A stretch of 64,000 nucleotides of DNA, taken from positions 212,513 to 276,512 of the forward strand of contig JACNGE010000014.1 in the NCBI GenBank assembly GCA_014384285.1, written 5' to 3'. Shown here piece by piece: positions 1-11,174 of the stretch. This stretch comes from Actinomycetota bacterium. Lineage in GTDB: Bacteria > Actinomycetota > Acidimicrobiia > Actinomarinales > Actinomarinaceae. Under the pieces are notes generated by a model. The model saw only the letters and a program-made list of their open reading frames with translations, had not been told where the DNA came from and ran no database searches. Position 1 is the first letter of the stretch, and every line of letters begins with the position of its first letter. Made by a program: the position numbers and the translations under genes.

Positions 1-254
1 TCGTCATTGATGGAGAATCTGTAGAAACACCATCAACAAAGTTAGCCTCAACAGTATTAAAAGAATTTAATATAGATAGGTCATTTATTTTTGTCTATGG
101 AGATAGTGATGACAACTTAATTAAGTCATTTAGAAATTTAAAAAACTCAAGAGTTGTTTCGGTAAAGAAACTTTCGACATATGACGTTATATCAACTGAC
201 AGCATTATTTTATCAAAAAATGCAATGAACCACATAACCGGAGAAAATAAATGA
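1..254 (+). CDS. rplD: 50S ribosomal protein L4, 3' part (truncated by window edge)
   Basis: Frame from nt 3 reads ...TPSTKLASTVLK...LIKSFRNL...LSTYDVI...; stop TGA 252-254 overlaps the rplW ATG; position in S10 operon. Confidence 0.9.
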   Translation, partial: VIDGESVETPSTKLASTVLKEFNIDRSFIFVYGDSDDNLIKSFRNLKNSRVVSVKKLSTYDVISTDSIILSKNAMNHITGENK

Positions 255-538
255 AGCACTTAGAAGATGTTTTAATTTCCCCTGTAATTTCTGAAAAATC
301 TTACAACAGAATTTCAGATTCCAATGCATACACTTTCTTTGTTCATTCTGATGCAAAAAAACCAGAGATAAAAAGAGCGGCACAAGAGTTGTTCGATGTT
401 GAAGTATTATCTGTGAATACAATGTATAGAAAAGGCAAGAAAAAAAGATTTGGTTATATTTTAGGTCAACAGAGCACAAGAAAAATTGCAATAATCACCC
501 TTCAAGAGGGCGATACAATTGAGGCATTCGGGGTATAA
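251..538 (+). CDS. rplW: 50S ribosomal protein L23
   Basis: PVISEKS, YTFFV, KPEIK, VNT motifs; operon order. Confidence 0.97.
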   Translation: MKHLEDVLISPVISEKSYNRISDSNAYTFFVHSDAKKPEIKRAAQELFDVEVLSVNTMYRKGKKKRFGYILGQQSTRKIAIITLQEGDTIEAFGV

Positions 539-541
539 GTT

Positions 542-1375
542 ATGGGACAAAAGAAAATTAGGCCAATAACTCCTGGAATGAGAGGTCAAGTATCTGGAGA
601 CTTTAAAGAAATTACAAAAAGTAAGCCTGAGAAATCCTTACTTCAATCTAAAAATTCATCTGGCGGAAGAAACAACAAGGGTAGAATTACTTCCAGGCAT
701 CGTGGTGGTGGGCATAAAAGAAAATATAGAATAATAGATTTTAAACGCACAAAAGACAATATTCCAGCAAAAGTAGCAGCTATTGAGTATGATCCAAATA
801 GAAATGCTCGAATAGCTCTCCTTCACTATGTTGATGGAGAAAAAGCTTATATTATTGCACCTGATGGAATAACTCCAGGAGCTCAGGTAATATCTGGTCC
901 AAAAGCTGACATCAAAGATGGTAACTGTCTTCCTCTGAGAAATATTCCAGCTGGTACATTTGTTCATAATGTAGAACTAAGACCTGCAGGTGGAGCAAAA
1001 ATGGCAAGATCTGCCGGTTCCAGTGTTCAGCTAATGAGCAAAGAGGGCGGACTGGCTCTCTTGAGACTACCTTCTGGTGAAATGAGAACAGTTTCTATGG
1101 ACTGCAGGGCAACAATTGGTACAGTTGGAAATGCTGAAGCAGAATTAACAAAACTTGGAAAAGCAGGCCGAAAAAGATGGAAGGGCGTAAGACCTCAAAC
1201 AAGAGGTGTAGCAATGAACCCTGTTGATCATCCACTTGGTGGTGGAGAGGGTAAATCTTCTGGAGGTAGAACTCCTGTTAGCCCTTGGGGTAAGCCAGAG
1301 AAAAAAACTAGAAATAAAAAGAAATATAGCAATAAATCAATTGTTAGAGGAAGATCACAAAAAGGTAGAGGGTAA
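542..1375 (+). CDS. rplB: 50S ribosomal protein L2
   Basis: [34 protein letters not shown]. Confidence 0.99.
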   Translation: MGQKKIRPITPGMRGQVSGDFKEITKSKPEKSLLQSKNSSGGRNNKGRITSRHRGGGHKRKYRIIDFKRTKDNIPAKVAAIEYDPNRNARIALLHYVDGEKAYIIAPDGITPGAQVISGPKADIKDGNCLPLRNIPAGTFVHNVELRPAGGAKMARSAGSSVQLMSKEGGLALLRLPSGEMRTVSMDCRATIGTVGNAEAELTKLGKAGRKRWKGVRPQTRGVAMNPVDHPLGGGEGKSSGGRTPVSPWGKPEKKTRNKKKYSNKSIVRGRSQKGRG

Positions 1376-1376
1376 T

Positions 1377-1640
1377 ATGTCAAGAAGTTTAAGAAAAGGA
1401 CCATTTGTTGACGATCATCTGCTGACAAAAGTAGAGGACGCAAAAAATAGTGGTAACAAAACAGTTATCAAAACATGGAGTAGAAGGTCTACAGTAGTTC
1501 CTGAGATGGTTGGATTAACTATTGCAGTACATAATGGTAGACAGCACCTCCCAGTATTTATCACGGAGGCAATGGTTGGTCACAAGCTTGGAGAATTTTC
1601 ACCAACTCGTACATTTAAAGGACACCCAGGACAAAACTAA
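1377..1640 (+). CDS. rpsS: 30S ribosomal protein S19 (true start ATG 1377, not 1224)
   Basis: [32 protein letters not shown]. Confidence 0.98.
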   Translation: MSRSLRKGPFVDDHLLTKVEDAKNSGNKTVIKTWSRRSTVVPEMVGLTIAVHNGRQHLPVFITEAMVGHKLGEFSPTRTFKGHPGQN

Positions 1641-1987
1641 TGGAAAAACAAACTGTAACCGCAAAAAGTAAATATATCAGGCAATCTCCATATAAGGTCA
1701 GGCTCGTGTTAAATTTGATTCGAGGTTTAAATGTGAATGAAGCATTAAATATTTTAACTTTTACCAAAAGAAAAGCAGCAATAGATATAAAGCAGCTTTT
1801 AGAAAGTGCAATTGCAAATGCAGAGAATAATTTTGGTATGTCTTCTGCTAATTTAGAAATCACCAAAGCAATTGCTGATGAAGGACCAACTTTGAAACGA
1901 TTTAGACCTAGAGCTAGAGGTAGTGCTGGAAGAATAAACAAAAGAACTTCGCATATAGTAATTGAATTAGAAAGTGTAGAGGAATAA
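1640..1987 (+). CDS. rplV: 50S ribosomal protein L22
   Basis: [35 protein letters not shown]. Confidence 0.98.
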   Translation: MEKQTVTAKSKYIRQSPYKVRLVLNLIRGLNVNEALNILTFTKRKAAIDIKQLLESAIANAENNFGMSSANLEITKAIADEGPTLKRFRPRARGSAGRINKRTSHIVIELESVEE

Positions 1988-1989
1988 CA

Positions 1990-2880
1990 ATGGGTCAAAA
2001 AACACATCCATATGCGTTTAGAATTGGCATCGTTAATGATTGGAAATCTAGATGGTTTAGTCATAAAGACTATACAAAGCTTGTTAATCAAGATTACAGA
2101 ATAAGAGAGTTCTTGACTGGAGAGCTTATCAAAGGTGCAGTTTCTAGAATTGAAATTGAAAGAACTAGAGATAAGGTTCAGGTAGATATCCACACAGCTC
2201 GACCAGGGGTAGTAATTGGCCGAAAAGGTGCAGAGGCAGACCGCTTAAGAAAAGGCCTAGAAGAACTGTCAAACCAACCAGTAAAATTAAACATTATTGA
2301 AGTTAGAGACGCTGAACTTGACGCACAGTTACTTGCTAGAGCTGTAGCAGATCAGTTAGAAAACAGGGTCGCTTTCAGAAGAGCTATGAAAAGAGCTGTA
2401 GGAGCAGCTTTGAAGGCAGGTGCTGAAGGTGTAAGGGTTGAGTGTTCAGGTAGACTTGGTGGTGCTGAAATGGGCCGAAGAGAATGGTACAGAGAAGGTC
2501 GGGTGCCTCTCCACACTTTAAGGGCAGATATAGACTTTGGTAGAGCAGCTGCACATACTACCGTAGGAGCTATTGGTGTAAAAGTATGGGTTTACAAAGG
2601 TGATGTAGTCGCTACAAACAAACTTAGACAAGAAAAAATTTCAGCAGAAGCCTCTCTTGCTAGCGGAGGTCCAGCAAGTGGAAGAGTGAAATCTGTCAAA
2701 TCTAGGGTTGAGGCTGCAGTTGGAGAATCTAAAGAATCAAGGATTCTTGAAGCAGGTGGCGGTAAAAAAGCTGGTGAGCAAAATTCTAAAATAGTTGAAG
2801 CCGGTGGAGGCAAAAAGATTACACCTGTTAAAGCTCAGGAACAATTTGAAGAAGAAAAATCAATATTGGAAGAAGAATAA
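1990..2880 (+). CDS. rpsC: 30S ribosomal protein S3 with long C-terminal extension
   Basis: [43 protein letters not shown], then about 90 aa tail. Confidence 0.98.
   Translation: MGQKTHPYAFRIGIVNDWKSRWFSHKDYTKLVNQDYRIREFLTGELIKGAVSRIEIERTRDKVQVDIHTARPGVVIGRKGAEADRLRKGLEELSNQPVKLNIIEVRDAELDAQLLARAVADQLENRVAFRRAMKRAVGAALKAGAEGVRVECSGRLGGAEMGRREWYREGRVPLHTLRADIDFGRAAAHTTVGAIGVKVWVYKGDVVATNKLRQEKISAEASLASGGPASGRVKSVKSRVEAAVGESKESRILEAGGGKKAGEQNSKIVEAGGGKKITPVKAQEQFEEEKSILEEE
2737..2817 (+). repeat. Two-copy peptide repeat S(R/K)I(L/V)EAGGGKK in the S3 tail (2737-2769 and 2785-2817)
   Basis: [11 protein letters not shown] and [11 protein letters not shown], 48 nt period, synonymous codon divergence. 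Confidence 0.8.
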
Positions 2881-2883
2881 CTT

Positions 2884-3294
2884 ATGTTAATGCCTAAAAA
2901 AACAAAATATAGGAAATCCCACAGAGGGAGAAGAAAAGGCATGTCCAAAGGTGGAACAGAAGTTAATTTTGGGGATTTTGGCCTTCAAGCATTAGAGACA
3001 TCTTATATTACAGGACGTCAGATAGAAGCAGCAAGAATTACAATTACTCGTACCATGCAAAGAAAAGGTAAAGTATGGATTAATATTTTTCCTCATAAAC
3101 CTATAACTAAGAAACCTGCCGAAGTAAGAATGGGTTCTGGAAAAGGTGCAGTTGAGTATTATGTAGCTGTAGTAAAACCAGGTAGGATAATATTTGAAAT
3201 TTCTGGTGTTTCAGAAGAAGTAGCCAGAGAAGCAATGAGAAAAGCAGGACACAAGCTTCCTATTAATACAAAATTTGTAATGAGGCACACATGA
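2884..3294 (+). CDS. rplP: 50S ribosomal protein L16
   Basis: [25 protein letters not shown]. Confidence 0.98.
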   Translation: MLMPKKTKYRKSHRGRRKGMSKGGTEVNFGDFGLQALETSYITGRQIEAARITITRTMQRKGKVWINIFPHKPITKKPAEVRMGSGKGAVEYYVAVVKPGRIIFEISGVSEEVAREAMRKAGHKLPINTKFVMRHT

Positions 3295-3509
3295 GCATAA
3301 ACGATTTAAGAGAGCTATCTATCTCTGAATTAGAAACCAGAGTAGGAGAGCTAAAAAAAGAATTAATGGAATCACGCTTTTCTCTGGCAACAAGCCAGAT
3401 AGAAGACACATCTATATTTAAAAAAATTAAAAAACAAATTGCACAAGCTAACACAGTTTTAAACCAAAAAAAAAGAGAAGAAATGATGAAAGCTGAAAAT
3501 AATGAGTAA
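3291..3509 (+). CDS. rpmC: 50S ribosomal protein L29
   Basis: LRELS..EL, LKKELM..RF, IKKQIA; operon order. Confidence 0.95.
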   Translation: MSINDLRELSISELETRVGELKKELMESRFSLATSQIEDTSIFKKIKKQIAQANTVLNQKKREEMMKAENNE

Positions 3510-3768
3510 CAAATTAGAAAGATCATCTAGAAAAGTTAAAGTCGGAATAGTTGTATCAGACAAAAGAGAGCAAACAGTTACTGTTGCCATAGAGCTGCAG
3601 TACCCTCATCCAAAATACGGAAAAATAGTTAAAAAAACTAGAAAACTCCATGCACACGATGAAAGTTTTGAAGCCAAGATGGGTGACACAGTTAGAATTA
3701 TGGAAACTAAGCCAATTTCAAAAACAAAAAGATGGAGAGTAACAGAAGTCATTGAGAGGGCAAGATGA
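3502..3768 (+). CDS. rpsQ: 30S ribosomal protein S17
   Basis: [28 protein letters not shown]. Confidence 0.98.
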   Translation: MSNKLERSSRKVKVGIVVSDKREQTVTVAIELQYPHPKYGKIVKKTRKLHAHDESFEAKMGDTVRIMETKPISKTKRWRVTEVIERAR

Positions 3769-4133
3769 TACAAAAAGAATCTAGACTCAAAGTTGCTGAC
3801 AACTCTGGCGCAAAAGAAGTTTTATGTATAAAAGTTAAAGGAAGCTCAAGAATAAGATATGCAGGTTTAGGCGATGTATTTACAGCTACAGTAAAAGATG
3901 CTATCCCTGGTGGACAAATCAAAAAAGGAGATATTGTTCAAGCTGTAGTTGTCAGAACAAGTAAGGAAACTAGAAGAAAAGATGGAACTTATATAAGATT
4001 TGATGAAAATGCATGCGTAATAATTAATGAACAGGAACAACCTAGAGGTACTAGAATTTTTGGACCAGTCGGTAGAGAATTAAGAGAGAAAAAATTTATG
4101 AGAATTGTATCACTTGCACCGGAGGTAATTTAA
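3765..4133 (+). CDS. rplN: 50S ribosomal protein L14
   Basis: [29 protein letters not shown]. Confidence 0.99.
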   Translation: MIQKESRLKVADNSGAKEVLCIKVKGSSRIRYAGLGDVFTATVKDAIPGGQIKKGDIVQAVVVRTSKETRRKDGTYIRFDENACVIINEQEQPRGTRIFGPVGRELREKKFMRIVSLAPEVI

Positions 4134-4435
4134 TGAAAATTAAAAAAGGTGATTTAGTAAAAGTAATAGCTGGCAAGGACAATGGAAAAGAAGGTAAAGT
4201 ATTACAAGTTTTTCCCAAAAAAGACAAACTTCTTGTTGAAGGTGTAAATGTAGCTAAAAAACATCAAAAACCCCAGGGCCAAACAATGCAAGGCGGAGTA
4301 ATTGATATAACCATGCCTATACATATATCCAATGTGGCTCTAGTTGTTAAAAAGAAAAGTGGTAGAGTGTCCTACAAATTTGATAAGAACGGTCAAAAGT
4401 ACAGAGTGTTAGCTCAAACTGGAGATGAAGTATGA
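4133..4435 (+). CDS. rplX: 50S ribosomal protein L24
   Basis: KKGDLVKVIAGKDNGK, VEGVN, PIHISNV. Confidence 0.98.
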   Translation: MKIKKGDLVKVIAGKDNGKEGKVLQVFPKKDKLLVEGVNVAKKHQKPQGQTMQGGVIDITMPIHISNVALVVKKKSGRVSYKFDKNGQKYRVLAQTGDEV

Positions 4436-4977
4436 TTCCTAGGTTAAAAGAAGCATTCAATACTGGATTAAATGAAGAGATAAAAAAAGAATTAGGTCTT
4501 AAAAATGTTAATCAAATTCCAACACTTGAAAAAATTGTTATAAATATTGGCTCAGGAAAAGCAGCTACAGATGGGCGAGCACTAGAGTCAATGGTTGATG
4601 AATTAACAGCTATCTCAGGACAAAAACCAGTTATTCGGAGAGCTAAAAAATCCATAGCCGGTTTTAAGATTAGAGAAGGAATGCCTATAGGAGTTTCAGT
4701 CACACTTAGGGGTGATAGAATGTGGGAGTTTTATGATAGGTTTATTCAAGTAGTTGTTCCTAGAATTAGAGACTTCAGAGGATTTAGAAAGAAATCATTT
4801 GATGGAAACGGAAATTATTCACTGGGATTAAATGAGCAGCTTGTATTCCCAGAAGTTGAATATGACAAAGTGAGAGATATTAGAGGAATGAATATTACAA
4901 TTTGTACAACCGCTAACGATAATAAAAAAGGATATGTATTATTACATTCGCTAGGGTTTCCTTTTAGAGAGAATTAA
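4432..4977 (+). CDS. rplE: 50S ribosomal protein L5
   Basis: [34 protein letters not shown]. Confidence 0.99.
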   Translation: MIPRLKEAFNTGLNEEIKKELGLKNVNQIPTLEKIVINIGSGKAATDGRALESMVDELTAISGQKPVIRRAKKSIAGFKIREGMPIGVSVTLRGDRMWEFYDRFIQVVVPRIRDFRGFRKKSFDGNGNYSLGLNEQLVFPEVEYDKVRDIRGMNITICTTANDNKKGYVLLHSLGFPFREN

Positions 4978-4979
4978 AA

Positions 4980-5285
4980 ATGGCAAAAACAAGTAAAGTA
5001 GTAAAAAATAATAAGAGACTTGAAACAGTAAATTTTTATACAGAAAAACGCAAAGACTTATTAGCTGTAATAAAAAATCCTGAATCTACTTATGACGAAA
5101 AAAGATCTGCTCAAAAAAAGATTGCAAAAATGCCAAGAGATGCATCTGCAACAAGGCACAGAAATAGATGTCAGGTTACAGGAAGGCCAAGAGGTACTCT
5201 CAGAAAATTTGGTATGTCAAGAAACACATTTAGAGACTTAGCACTTAAAGGGGAGTTACCCGGCATAAAGAAAGCATCTTGGTAG
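4980..5285 (+). CDS. rpsN: 30S ribosomal protein S14, long (101 aa) non-zinc form
   Basis: [33 protein letters not shown]; only one Cys. Confidence 0.97.
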   Translation: MAKTSKVVKNNKRLETVNFYTEKRKDLLAVIKNPESTYDEKRSAQKKIAKMPRDASATRHRNRCQVTGRPRGTLRKFGMSRNTFRDLALKGELPGIKKASW

Positions 5286-5288
5286 ATT

Positions 5289-5687
5289 ATGGTTACTGAC
5301 CCGATTTCTGACTTGCTAACAAGGCTGAGAAATGCATCGATGGTATCAAAACCTAGTGTTTCAATTCCGCATTCAAATTTTAAATTTGAATTAGCTAAGC
5401 TTCTCAAAAACGAAGGCTATGTATCGGATGTAAAAGTATCTGGAGAAGGTGTCAAAAAACTAATTGATATTGACATGAAATATTCTGAAGAGGGAATTTC
5501 TGTCATATCTGGAATGAATAGATTATCTAAACCTGGTCAAAGAGTATATTCGAGTTTTGACAATCTTCCAAGAAATAATGGTGGGTTAGGAACAGTAATT
5601 GTTTCAACTTCTAGGGGCTTACTCTCTGATTCTGAAGCAAGAAAACGAAAACTAGGTGGAGAGCTTATTTGCGAGGTATGGTCATGA
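5289..5687 (+). CDS. rpsH: 30S ribosomal protein S8
   Basis: TDPISDLLTRLRNA, SKPGQRVY, GGELICEVW. Confidence 0.98.
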   Translation: MVTDPISDLLTRLRNASMVSKPSVSIPHSNFKFELAKLLKNEGYVSDVKVSGEGVKKLIDIDMKYSEEGISVISGMNRLSKPGQRVYSSFDNLPRNNGGLGTVIVSTSRGLLSDSEARKRKLGGELICEVWS

Positions 5688-6235
5688 GCCGAATAGGAAA
5701 CAAGCCAGTTGTAATACCTGAAAAAGTAGAAGTCACTATAAATGATATGACAATCTCGGTAAAAGGTCCAAAAGGAGAATTATCCACAACAATAGTTGAT
5801 GATAGAATCACATTTGAAATTAATGAAGGAACACTTACTTTTTCAAGAACAAGTGAAGATAAATTTGTAAAAGGCTTACACGGGCTGTATAGATCTCTAG
5901 TAGCCAATAATATAGAGGGTGTAGTTGATGGTTATTCCAAGACTCTATCACTAGTTGGAGTTGGTCATAGAGTTTCAATGAAAGGTAACGATCTTGAAAT
6001 ACTTTGTGGTTTTTCACACCCTGTTCTATTCAAAAAAGTTGAAAACATTAATTACGAAGTACCAGATCAAAACACCATAGTTGTTTCAGGCATAGACAAA
6101 GCCTTAGTAGGCGAGGTTTCAGCAAAAATCAGAGCTATCAAACCTCCAGAACCTTACAAAGGCAAAGGTATTCGCTACAAAGATGAATATGTGAGAAGAA
6201 AAGCAGGTAAAGCTGCTGTAACGGCGGGAGCATAA
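5684..6235 (+). CDS. rplF: 50S ribosomal protein L6 (start ATG 5684)
   Basis: MSRIGNKP, KGPKG, GFSHP, PPEPYKGKGIRY. Confidence 0.98.
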   Translation: MSRIGNKPVVIPEKVEVTINDMTISVKGPKGELSTTIVDDRITFEINEGTLTFSRTSEDKFVKGLHGLYRSLVANNIEGVVDGYSKTLSLVGVGHRVSMKGNDLEILCGFSHPVLFKKVENINYEVPDQNTIVVSGIDKALVGEVSAKIRAIKPPEPYKGKGIRYKDEYVRRKAGKAAVTAGA

Positions 6236-6242
6236 TTTAATT

Positions 6243-6590
6243 ATGAAAACTAAAGACGCTAGACATCAAAGAAAAATAAGAATTAGAAAAAAAATCTCAG
6301 GCACAGCCTCAAAACCAAGGCTTGCAGTATTTAAGAGTAACAAAAATATTTATGTCCAGGCTATCGATGATTTAAACCAAAAAACAATTGCAACAGCCAG
6401 CACATTAGCAAGTGATCTAAAAAAAGAGAAACTAACTGTTGAAACTTCAAAAAAAGTTGGAGAAAAAATGGGAGAAGCACTTTTAGAAATTGGAATCAAA
6501 GAAGCAGTTTTTGACAGAGGTGGATACATATACCATGGAAGAGTTGAAGCAGTAGCTCAAGGAATAAGAGAAAAAGGAATAAAATTTTAA
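6243..6590 (+). CDS. rplR: 50S ribosomal protein L18
   Basis: [27 protein letters not shown]. Confidence 0.98.
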   Translation: MKTKDARHQRKIRIRKKISGTASKPRLAVFKSNKNIYVQAIDDLNQKTIATASTLASDLKKEKLTVETSKKVGEKMGEALLEIGIKEAVFDRGGYIYHGRVEAVAQGIREKGIKF

Positions 6591-7138
6591 TGGTTGAAAC
6601 AGAATTACAGGAAAGTGTTATCCACATAAACAGAGTTGCAAAAGTAGTAAAAGGTGGCCGAAATTTTGCCTTTACTGCACTCGTAGCTGTTGGGGATGGT
6701 AACGGAAGTGCTGGAATTGGTTATGGTAAAGGCTCAGAGGTACCTTTAGCAATACAAAAGGCTATTGAAAATGCTAAAAAAAATATTCACCAAATTCCAA
6801 TGGCTGGCTCAACTATAGTACATACAATTACTGGTGAACATGGCTCATCAAGAGTTCTTCTGAAGCCAGCATCACCTGGAACAGGAATTATTGCTGGGGG
6901 TGCTGCAAGAGAAGTGTTACAAGTTGCAGGAGTTAAAGATATACTTGCAAAGTCTCTCGGCTCACCAACACATTTAAATGTGGCAAAAGCTACTATAAAC
7001 GGTTTGCTCGGTCAAAGGACACCAGACTCTGTAGCTAAACTTCGAGGTAAAAAACCTTCTGAAGTTGCTCCAAAAGGTTTAGTTGATGCGTATGAAAAAA
7101 CAAAAGCTGAAAGAAAAGTTGCGTCTCAAGATGTCTAA
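6590..7138 (+). CDS. rpsE: 30S ribosomal protein S5
   Basis: [26 protein letters not shown]. Confidence 0.98.
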   Translation: MVETELQESVIHINRVAKVVKGGRNFAFTALVAVGDGNGSAGIGYGKGSEVPLAIQKAIENAKKNIHQIPMAGSTIVHTITGEHGSSRVLLKPASPGTGIIAGGAAREVLQVAGVKDILAKSLGSPTHLNVAKATINGLLGQRTPDSVAKLRGKKPSEVAPKGLVDAYEKTKAERKVASQDV

Positions 7139-7310
7139 AGTGAAAATTACTCTAAAAAGAAGTCTTATAGGACAGGGACATAAGTCTCGTGAGACAATCA
7201 AGTCTCTAGGTTTAAAAAAAATAAATTCTACTGTAGAAAGAGATATGGACGACTCTCTCGAAGGTATGCTTAGAGTAGTAAATCATTTAGTAAGTATTGA
7301 AGAGGTCTAA
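7131..7310 (+). CDS. rpmD: 50S ribosomal protein L30 (start ATG 7131)
   Basis: [28 protein letters not shown]. Confidence 0.95.
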   Translation: MSKVKITLKRSLIGQGHKSRETIKSLGLKKINSTVERDMDDSLEGMLRVVNHLVSIEEV

Positions 7311-7312
7311 AA

Positions 7313-7762
7313 ATGAATAAATTAAGATTTCACCATTTAAAACCAACTCCTGGATCAACAAAAAGAAAACTAAGAAAAGGTAGAGGAGAAGCTGGAAAAA
7401 GAGGTAAGACTGCAGGTAGAGGTACAAAGGGTACCGGAGCACGTAAAACTGTACCAGCTTATTTTGAAGGTGGGCAAATCCCTCTTTATAGACGAATTCC
7501 TAAACTAAAGGGTATTGGCAATGGTCCTAAAATGTCATATGTGGTTGTAAATGTTTCAGATCTTCAAGAAAAGAATATATCCGGAGATGTAGACCCTGAT
7601 ACATTAAGAAATCTTGGATTAACTAGAAAAAAAGGTTTAGTAAAAATTCTAGGCAACGGAGATATCTCTAATGCAGTTAATCTAAAAGTACACTCAATAA
7701 GTGGAGTTGCAAAAGAAAAGATTGAAAAAGCTGGCGGTACAGTAGAGATTATAGAAGGCTAG
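7313..7762 (+). CDS. rplO: 50S ribosomal protein L15
   Basis: GRG...GKTAGRGTKG, FEGGQIPLYRRIPK, KILGNG, KIEKAGG. Confidence 0.98.
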   Translation: MNKLRFHHLKPTPGSTKRKLRKGRGEAGKRGKTAGRGTKGTGARKTVPAYFEGGQIPLYRRIPKLKGIGNGPKMSYVVVNVSDLQEKNISGDVDPDTLRNLGLTRKKGLVKILGNGDISNAVNLKVHSISGVAKEKIEKAGGTVEIIEG

Positions 7763-7764
7763 TT

Positions 7765-9078
7765 ATGCAATTATCCATCTTCAAGTACATGTTCAAGATT
7801 CCAGATCTTAGAAAAAGAATTTTATTTACAATAGCTATGTTCGGTGTCTATAGATTAGGAGCATCGGTACCGGTCCCAGGGGTAGACCTCGAAGCAGTTC
7901 AAAGACTTACAGACTCGGGTTCACAGGCAGGTATTTATGGACTTCTTAACTTGTTTTCAGGTGGTGCATTAGAAACCTTCTCAGTTTTTGCACTTGGCAT
8001 CATGCCATACATCACTTCTAGCATTATTCTCCAATTGCTCACAGTGGTCATTCCACGTCTTCAAAAACTACAAGAAGAAGGAGAATCAGGTAGAAAAGTA
8101 ATTACTCAGTGGACGAGATACATAACAGTTGTATTAGCTCTCCTGCAATCAACTGGACTAACTTATATTTTTTCAAGAGGTAGTTTAACAGGTGGTATAT
8201 CCCTGATACCTAATTACACCCCCTCAAGAGTTGGATTAATAGTCTTAACAATGACAGCAGGTACAGCGTTTATCATGTGGCTTGGAGAGTTAATTTCTCA
8301 AAGAGGAATTGGTAACGGAATGTCGCTAATTATTTTTGCAAGTATAATTTCACAACTTCCCGCTAGTTTCGGTGGAGCATATCAAGTAACAGCAGGTCAA
8401 GGAAGAATTGGTCAATTTTCGTTTTTAGTTCTTATGTTCATACTCATGATTGTTGGAATCATTTATGTTGAGCAAGGACAGAGAAGAATTCCAATTCAGT
8501 TTGCAAAAAGAGTTAGAGGAAGAAAGGTTATGGGGGGACAAAGCACCTATATTCCATTAAAGGTGAACAGTGCAGGAGTTATTCCTGTTATATTTGCAAC
8601 AAGTATTTTATTTTTCCCCGCATTAATCGCTACATCACTACCTCAAGATAATTCAATTACAGCAGGGATTAGAAACTGGATAGATGTAAATTTAGCAAAC
8701 TCACAAGGAACAAGCTGGTTCTATATCTTTTTTCTTGGTATGCTGATAATCTTTTTTACTTATTTTTATACAACAATTCAATTCGACCCAGTAAGACAAT
8801 CTGACATGATAAGAAGACAGGGTGGTTTTGTCCCTGGTATTAGACCTGGTATTTCAACTACAAATTACTTATCACATATTGTGAGCAGAATAACACTACC
8901 TGGCTCCATATTTTTGGCATCTGTTGCAGTACTCCCATCTATTGCTTCAGCTATTTGGGATATACCTTTAGGTTTTGGTGGAATTTCAATCCTCATAACT
9001 GTAGGTGTCGCCCTAGAAACTATGAAACAGATAGAGAGTCAATTAAGCATGAGAAATTATGAAGGGTTCATTGATTGA
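7765..9078 (+). CDS. secY: Preprotein translocase subunit SecY
   Basis: FALGIMPYITSSII, GIGNGMSLIIF, PLKVNSAGVIPVIFA, FVPGIRPG; multiple TM segments. Confidence 0.99.
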   Translation: MQLSIFKYMFKIPDLRKRILFTIAMFGVYRLGASVPVPGVDLEAVQRLTDSGSQAGIYGLLNLFSGGALETFSVFALGIMPYITSSIILQLLTVVIPRLQKLQEEGESGRKVITQWTRYITVVLALLQSTGLTYIFSRGSLTGGISLIPNYTPSRVGLIVLTMTAGTAFIMWLGELISQRGIGNGMSLIIFASIISQLPASFGGAYQVTAGQGRIGQFSFLVLMFILMIVGIIYVEQGQRRIPIQFAKRVRGRKVMGGQSTYIPLKVNSAGVIPVIFATSILFFPALIATSLPQDNSITAGIRNWIDVNLANSQGTSWFYIFFLGMLIIFFTYFYTTIQFDPVRQSDMIRRQGGFVPGIRPGISTTNYLSHIVSRITLPGSIFLASVAVLPSIASAIWDIPLGFGGISILITVGVALETMKQIESQLSMRNYEGFID

Positions 9079-9632
9079 CCGAATTAATAATTTTCCTTGG
9101 CCCTCCAGGAGCTGGCAAAGGAACTCAAGCATCAAGATTAGCTGAAGACAAAAATCTTGCCCATATCTCTACTGGAGATATGCTGAGAGAGCATGTTTCA
9201 AATAATACAGAATTAGGGAAAACAGCAAAGTCACTTCTAGATGAAGGAAAGTTAGTGCCAGATTCTTTAGTTATAGAGATGCTTATTGATAGATTACGTT
9301 CTGAAAAAAATAAAGATGGAGCAATTTTAGATGGCTTTCCAAGAACTTTAGCTCAGGCAAATAGTCTAGATAAAATTAGTGAAAATTTTCCAATTTCTAA
9401 AGTTATAGTTTTTGACGCTAATCATGAAGAGTTAATAAAAAGAATTTTACACAGAGGTGAAACATCTGGAAGAAGTGATGACACCAAGGACTCTATAAAG
9501 GTAAGGCTCGATGTGTATCAGAAAGATACAGAGCCGCTTATTGAGTATTACGAAAAAAATAATTCAACAATCAAAATAAATGCCGTGGGAGATGTTGAAG
9601 ATATATACAACCTTTTATCTAAAGAGTTCTAA
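9075..9632 (+). CDS. adk: Adenylate kinase, short form without LID domain (TTG start)
   Basis: GPPGAGKGTQ, HISTGDMLR, LDGFPRT, GRSDD. Confidence 0.97.
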   Translation: MTELIIFLGPPGAGKGTQASRLAEDKNLAHISTGDMLREHVSNNTELGKTAKSLLDEGKLVPDSLVIEMLIDRLRSEKNKDGAILDGFPRTLAQANSLDKISENFPISKVIVFDANHEELIKRILHRGETSGRSDDTKDSIKVRLDVYQKDTEPLIEYYEKNNSTIKINAVGDVEDIYNLLSKEF

Positions 9633-9637
9633 CCAAA

Positions 9638-10384
9638 ATGATTACTTTTAAATCACAAGAAGACTTCAACAATATGGATAAAGCGGGAACAATAGTTGCA
9701 ACTATTCATTCTGAATTACAGGAAGCTTCAACTCCTGGAACTTCTTTAATTAAACTTGATGAACTTGCTAAAGATATTGTAATTAAAAGTGGATCAACTT
9801 CTAGTTTTTTAGGCTACAGGGGATACCCAGCATATATCTGCGCATCTCCAAACGATGTTATTGTCCATGGAATACCTGGAAACTACATTCTAGAAGAAGG
9901 AGATATTTTATCCATTGACGTTGGGGTATCTGTTAACGGATATCATGCTGATGCAGCCTTAACGTATGGAATAGGTGAGATTACAGATGAAAATCAGAAA
10001 TTAATTAAATTAACAAAAGATGCACTATACGCTGGAATTAAATTAGTCAAAGATGGACAGAAGTTGGGTACCATCGGAAATAAAATTGAGAAAATTGGGA
10101 AAAAGGGCTCTTACGGGGTTGTTAAAGAATATGTGGGTCATGGTATTGGTCTAGAGATGCACGAAGATCCACAAGTACCAAATTATGGTAAAAAAAATCA
10201 AGGATTTACATTAAAAAAAGGAATGGCAATTTGTATAGAGCCAATGTTCAATATGGGCTCTGAACAGACTAAAGTTGACGATGATGAGTGGACAGTTAGA
10301 ACTTTTGATGGAAGTAACTCAGCTCATTGGGAACATACAATAGGAATAATGGATGATGAAGTACGAATATTTACTGAAAAGTAA
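9638..10384 (+). CDS. map: Type I methionine aminopeptidase
   Basis: SPNDVIVHGIP, SIDVG, HADAA, GHGIG..MHEDP, IEPM, SAHWEHT. Confidence 0.98.
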   Translation: MITFKSQEDFNNMDKAGTIVATIHSELQEASTPGTSLIKLDELAKDIVIKSGSTSSFLGYRGYPAYICASPNDVIVHGIPGNYILEEGDILSIDVGVSVNGYHADAALTYGIGEITDENQKLIKLTKDALYAGIKLVKDGQKLGTIGNKIEKIGKKGSYGVVKEYVGHGIGLEMHEDPQVPNYGKKNQGFTLKKGMAICIEPMFNMGSEQTKVDDDEWTVRTFDGSNSAHWEHTIGIMDDEVRIFTEK

Positions 10385-10397
10385 TTTTAAAAACATG

Positions 10398-10426
10398 TTG
10401 GTAATAGTTTTTAATCGCACTATTCT
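10398..10426 (+). promoter_or_regulatory. Putative sigma70-type promoter for infA-rpmJ-alpha operon
   Basis: TTGGTA (10398-10403), 17 bp spacer, TATTCT (10421-10426) in the only sizeable gap of the superoperon. Confidence 0.55.
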
Positions 10427-10455
10427 GATTTATCGGTCCTAATTACAAGGTAGTT

Positions 10456-10680
10456 TTGGTAGAAAAAGAAAAAAATATAATAAAGGTTCAGGGGACAGTT
10501 ACTGAAACTTTGCCAAACGCATCTTTTAAGGTGGAACTTGAAAGCGGTGCAGAAATACTTGCACATGTTTCAGGGAAAATGAGAATGAGGTATATAAGAA
10601 TACTACCTGGAGACATGGTCGACATGGAAGTATCACCATACGATCCTACAAGAGGTAGGATAACTTGGAGACATAAATGA
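10456..10680 (+). CDS. infA: Translation initiation factor IF-1 (TTG start)
   Basis: [36 protein letters not shown]. Confidence 0.98.
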   Translation: MVEKEKNIIKVQGTVTETLPNASFKVELESGAEILAHVSGKMRMRYIRILPGDMVDMEVSPYDPTRGRITWRHK

Positions 10681-10793
10681 AAGTTAAATCAAGTATAAAA
10701 AAGAGGGGTCCAGGAGACCAAATTGTTAGGCGTAAAGGAAAACTTTATGTAATAAACAAAAAAAACCCTCGAAATAAACAAAGGCAAGGCTAG
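10677..10793 (+). CDS. rpmJ: 50S ribosomal protein L36, cysteine-free (type B) form, 38 aa; missing from the ORF track
   Basis: [42 protein letters not shown] overlap with infA; canonical position between infA and rpsM. Confidence 0.95.
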   Translation: MKVKSSIKKRGPGDQIVRRKGKLYVINKKNPRNKQRQG

Positions 10794-10796
10794 AGA

Positions 10797-11174
10797 ATGG
10801 CAAGAATTTCTGGGATAGATATCCCAAGAGACAAGAGAGTTATTGCATCACTTAGATACATCCACGGTGTTGGTGCAAAAAGATCCGCAGATATTTGTGA
10901 AGATTTAAAAATAGACCCTAGTACAAGAGTTAGTAATTTAACTAGTGATGAAGTCGCCCAAATAAGAAAATATATAGAGGCTAATTTCAGAGTAGAAGGA
11001 GATCTTAGAAGAGATGTTTCTCAGAACATTAGAAGAAAAACTGAAATTGGAACATACCAAGGCCTAAGGCACAGAACAGGATTACCAGTCAGGGGTCAAA
11101 GAACACACACAAATGCAAGGACACGTAAAGGACCTAGATTTGCAATTGCAGGTAAGAAAAAGGTAACTAAATAA
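10797..11174 (+). CDS. rpsM: 30S ribosomal protein S13
   Basis: [35 protein letters not shown]. Confidence 0.99.
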   Translation: MARISGIDIPRDKRVIASLRYIHGVGAKRSADICEDLKIDPSTRVSNLTSDEVAQIRKYIEANFRVEGDLRRDVSQNIRRKTEIGTYQGLRHRTGLPVRGQRTHTNARTRKGPRFAIAGKKKVTK

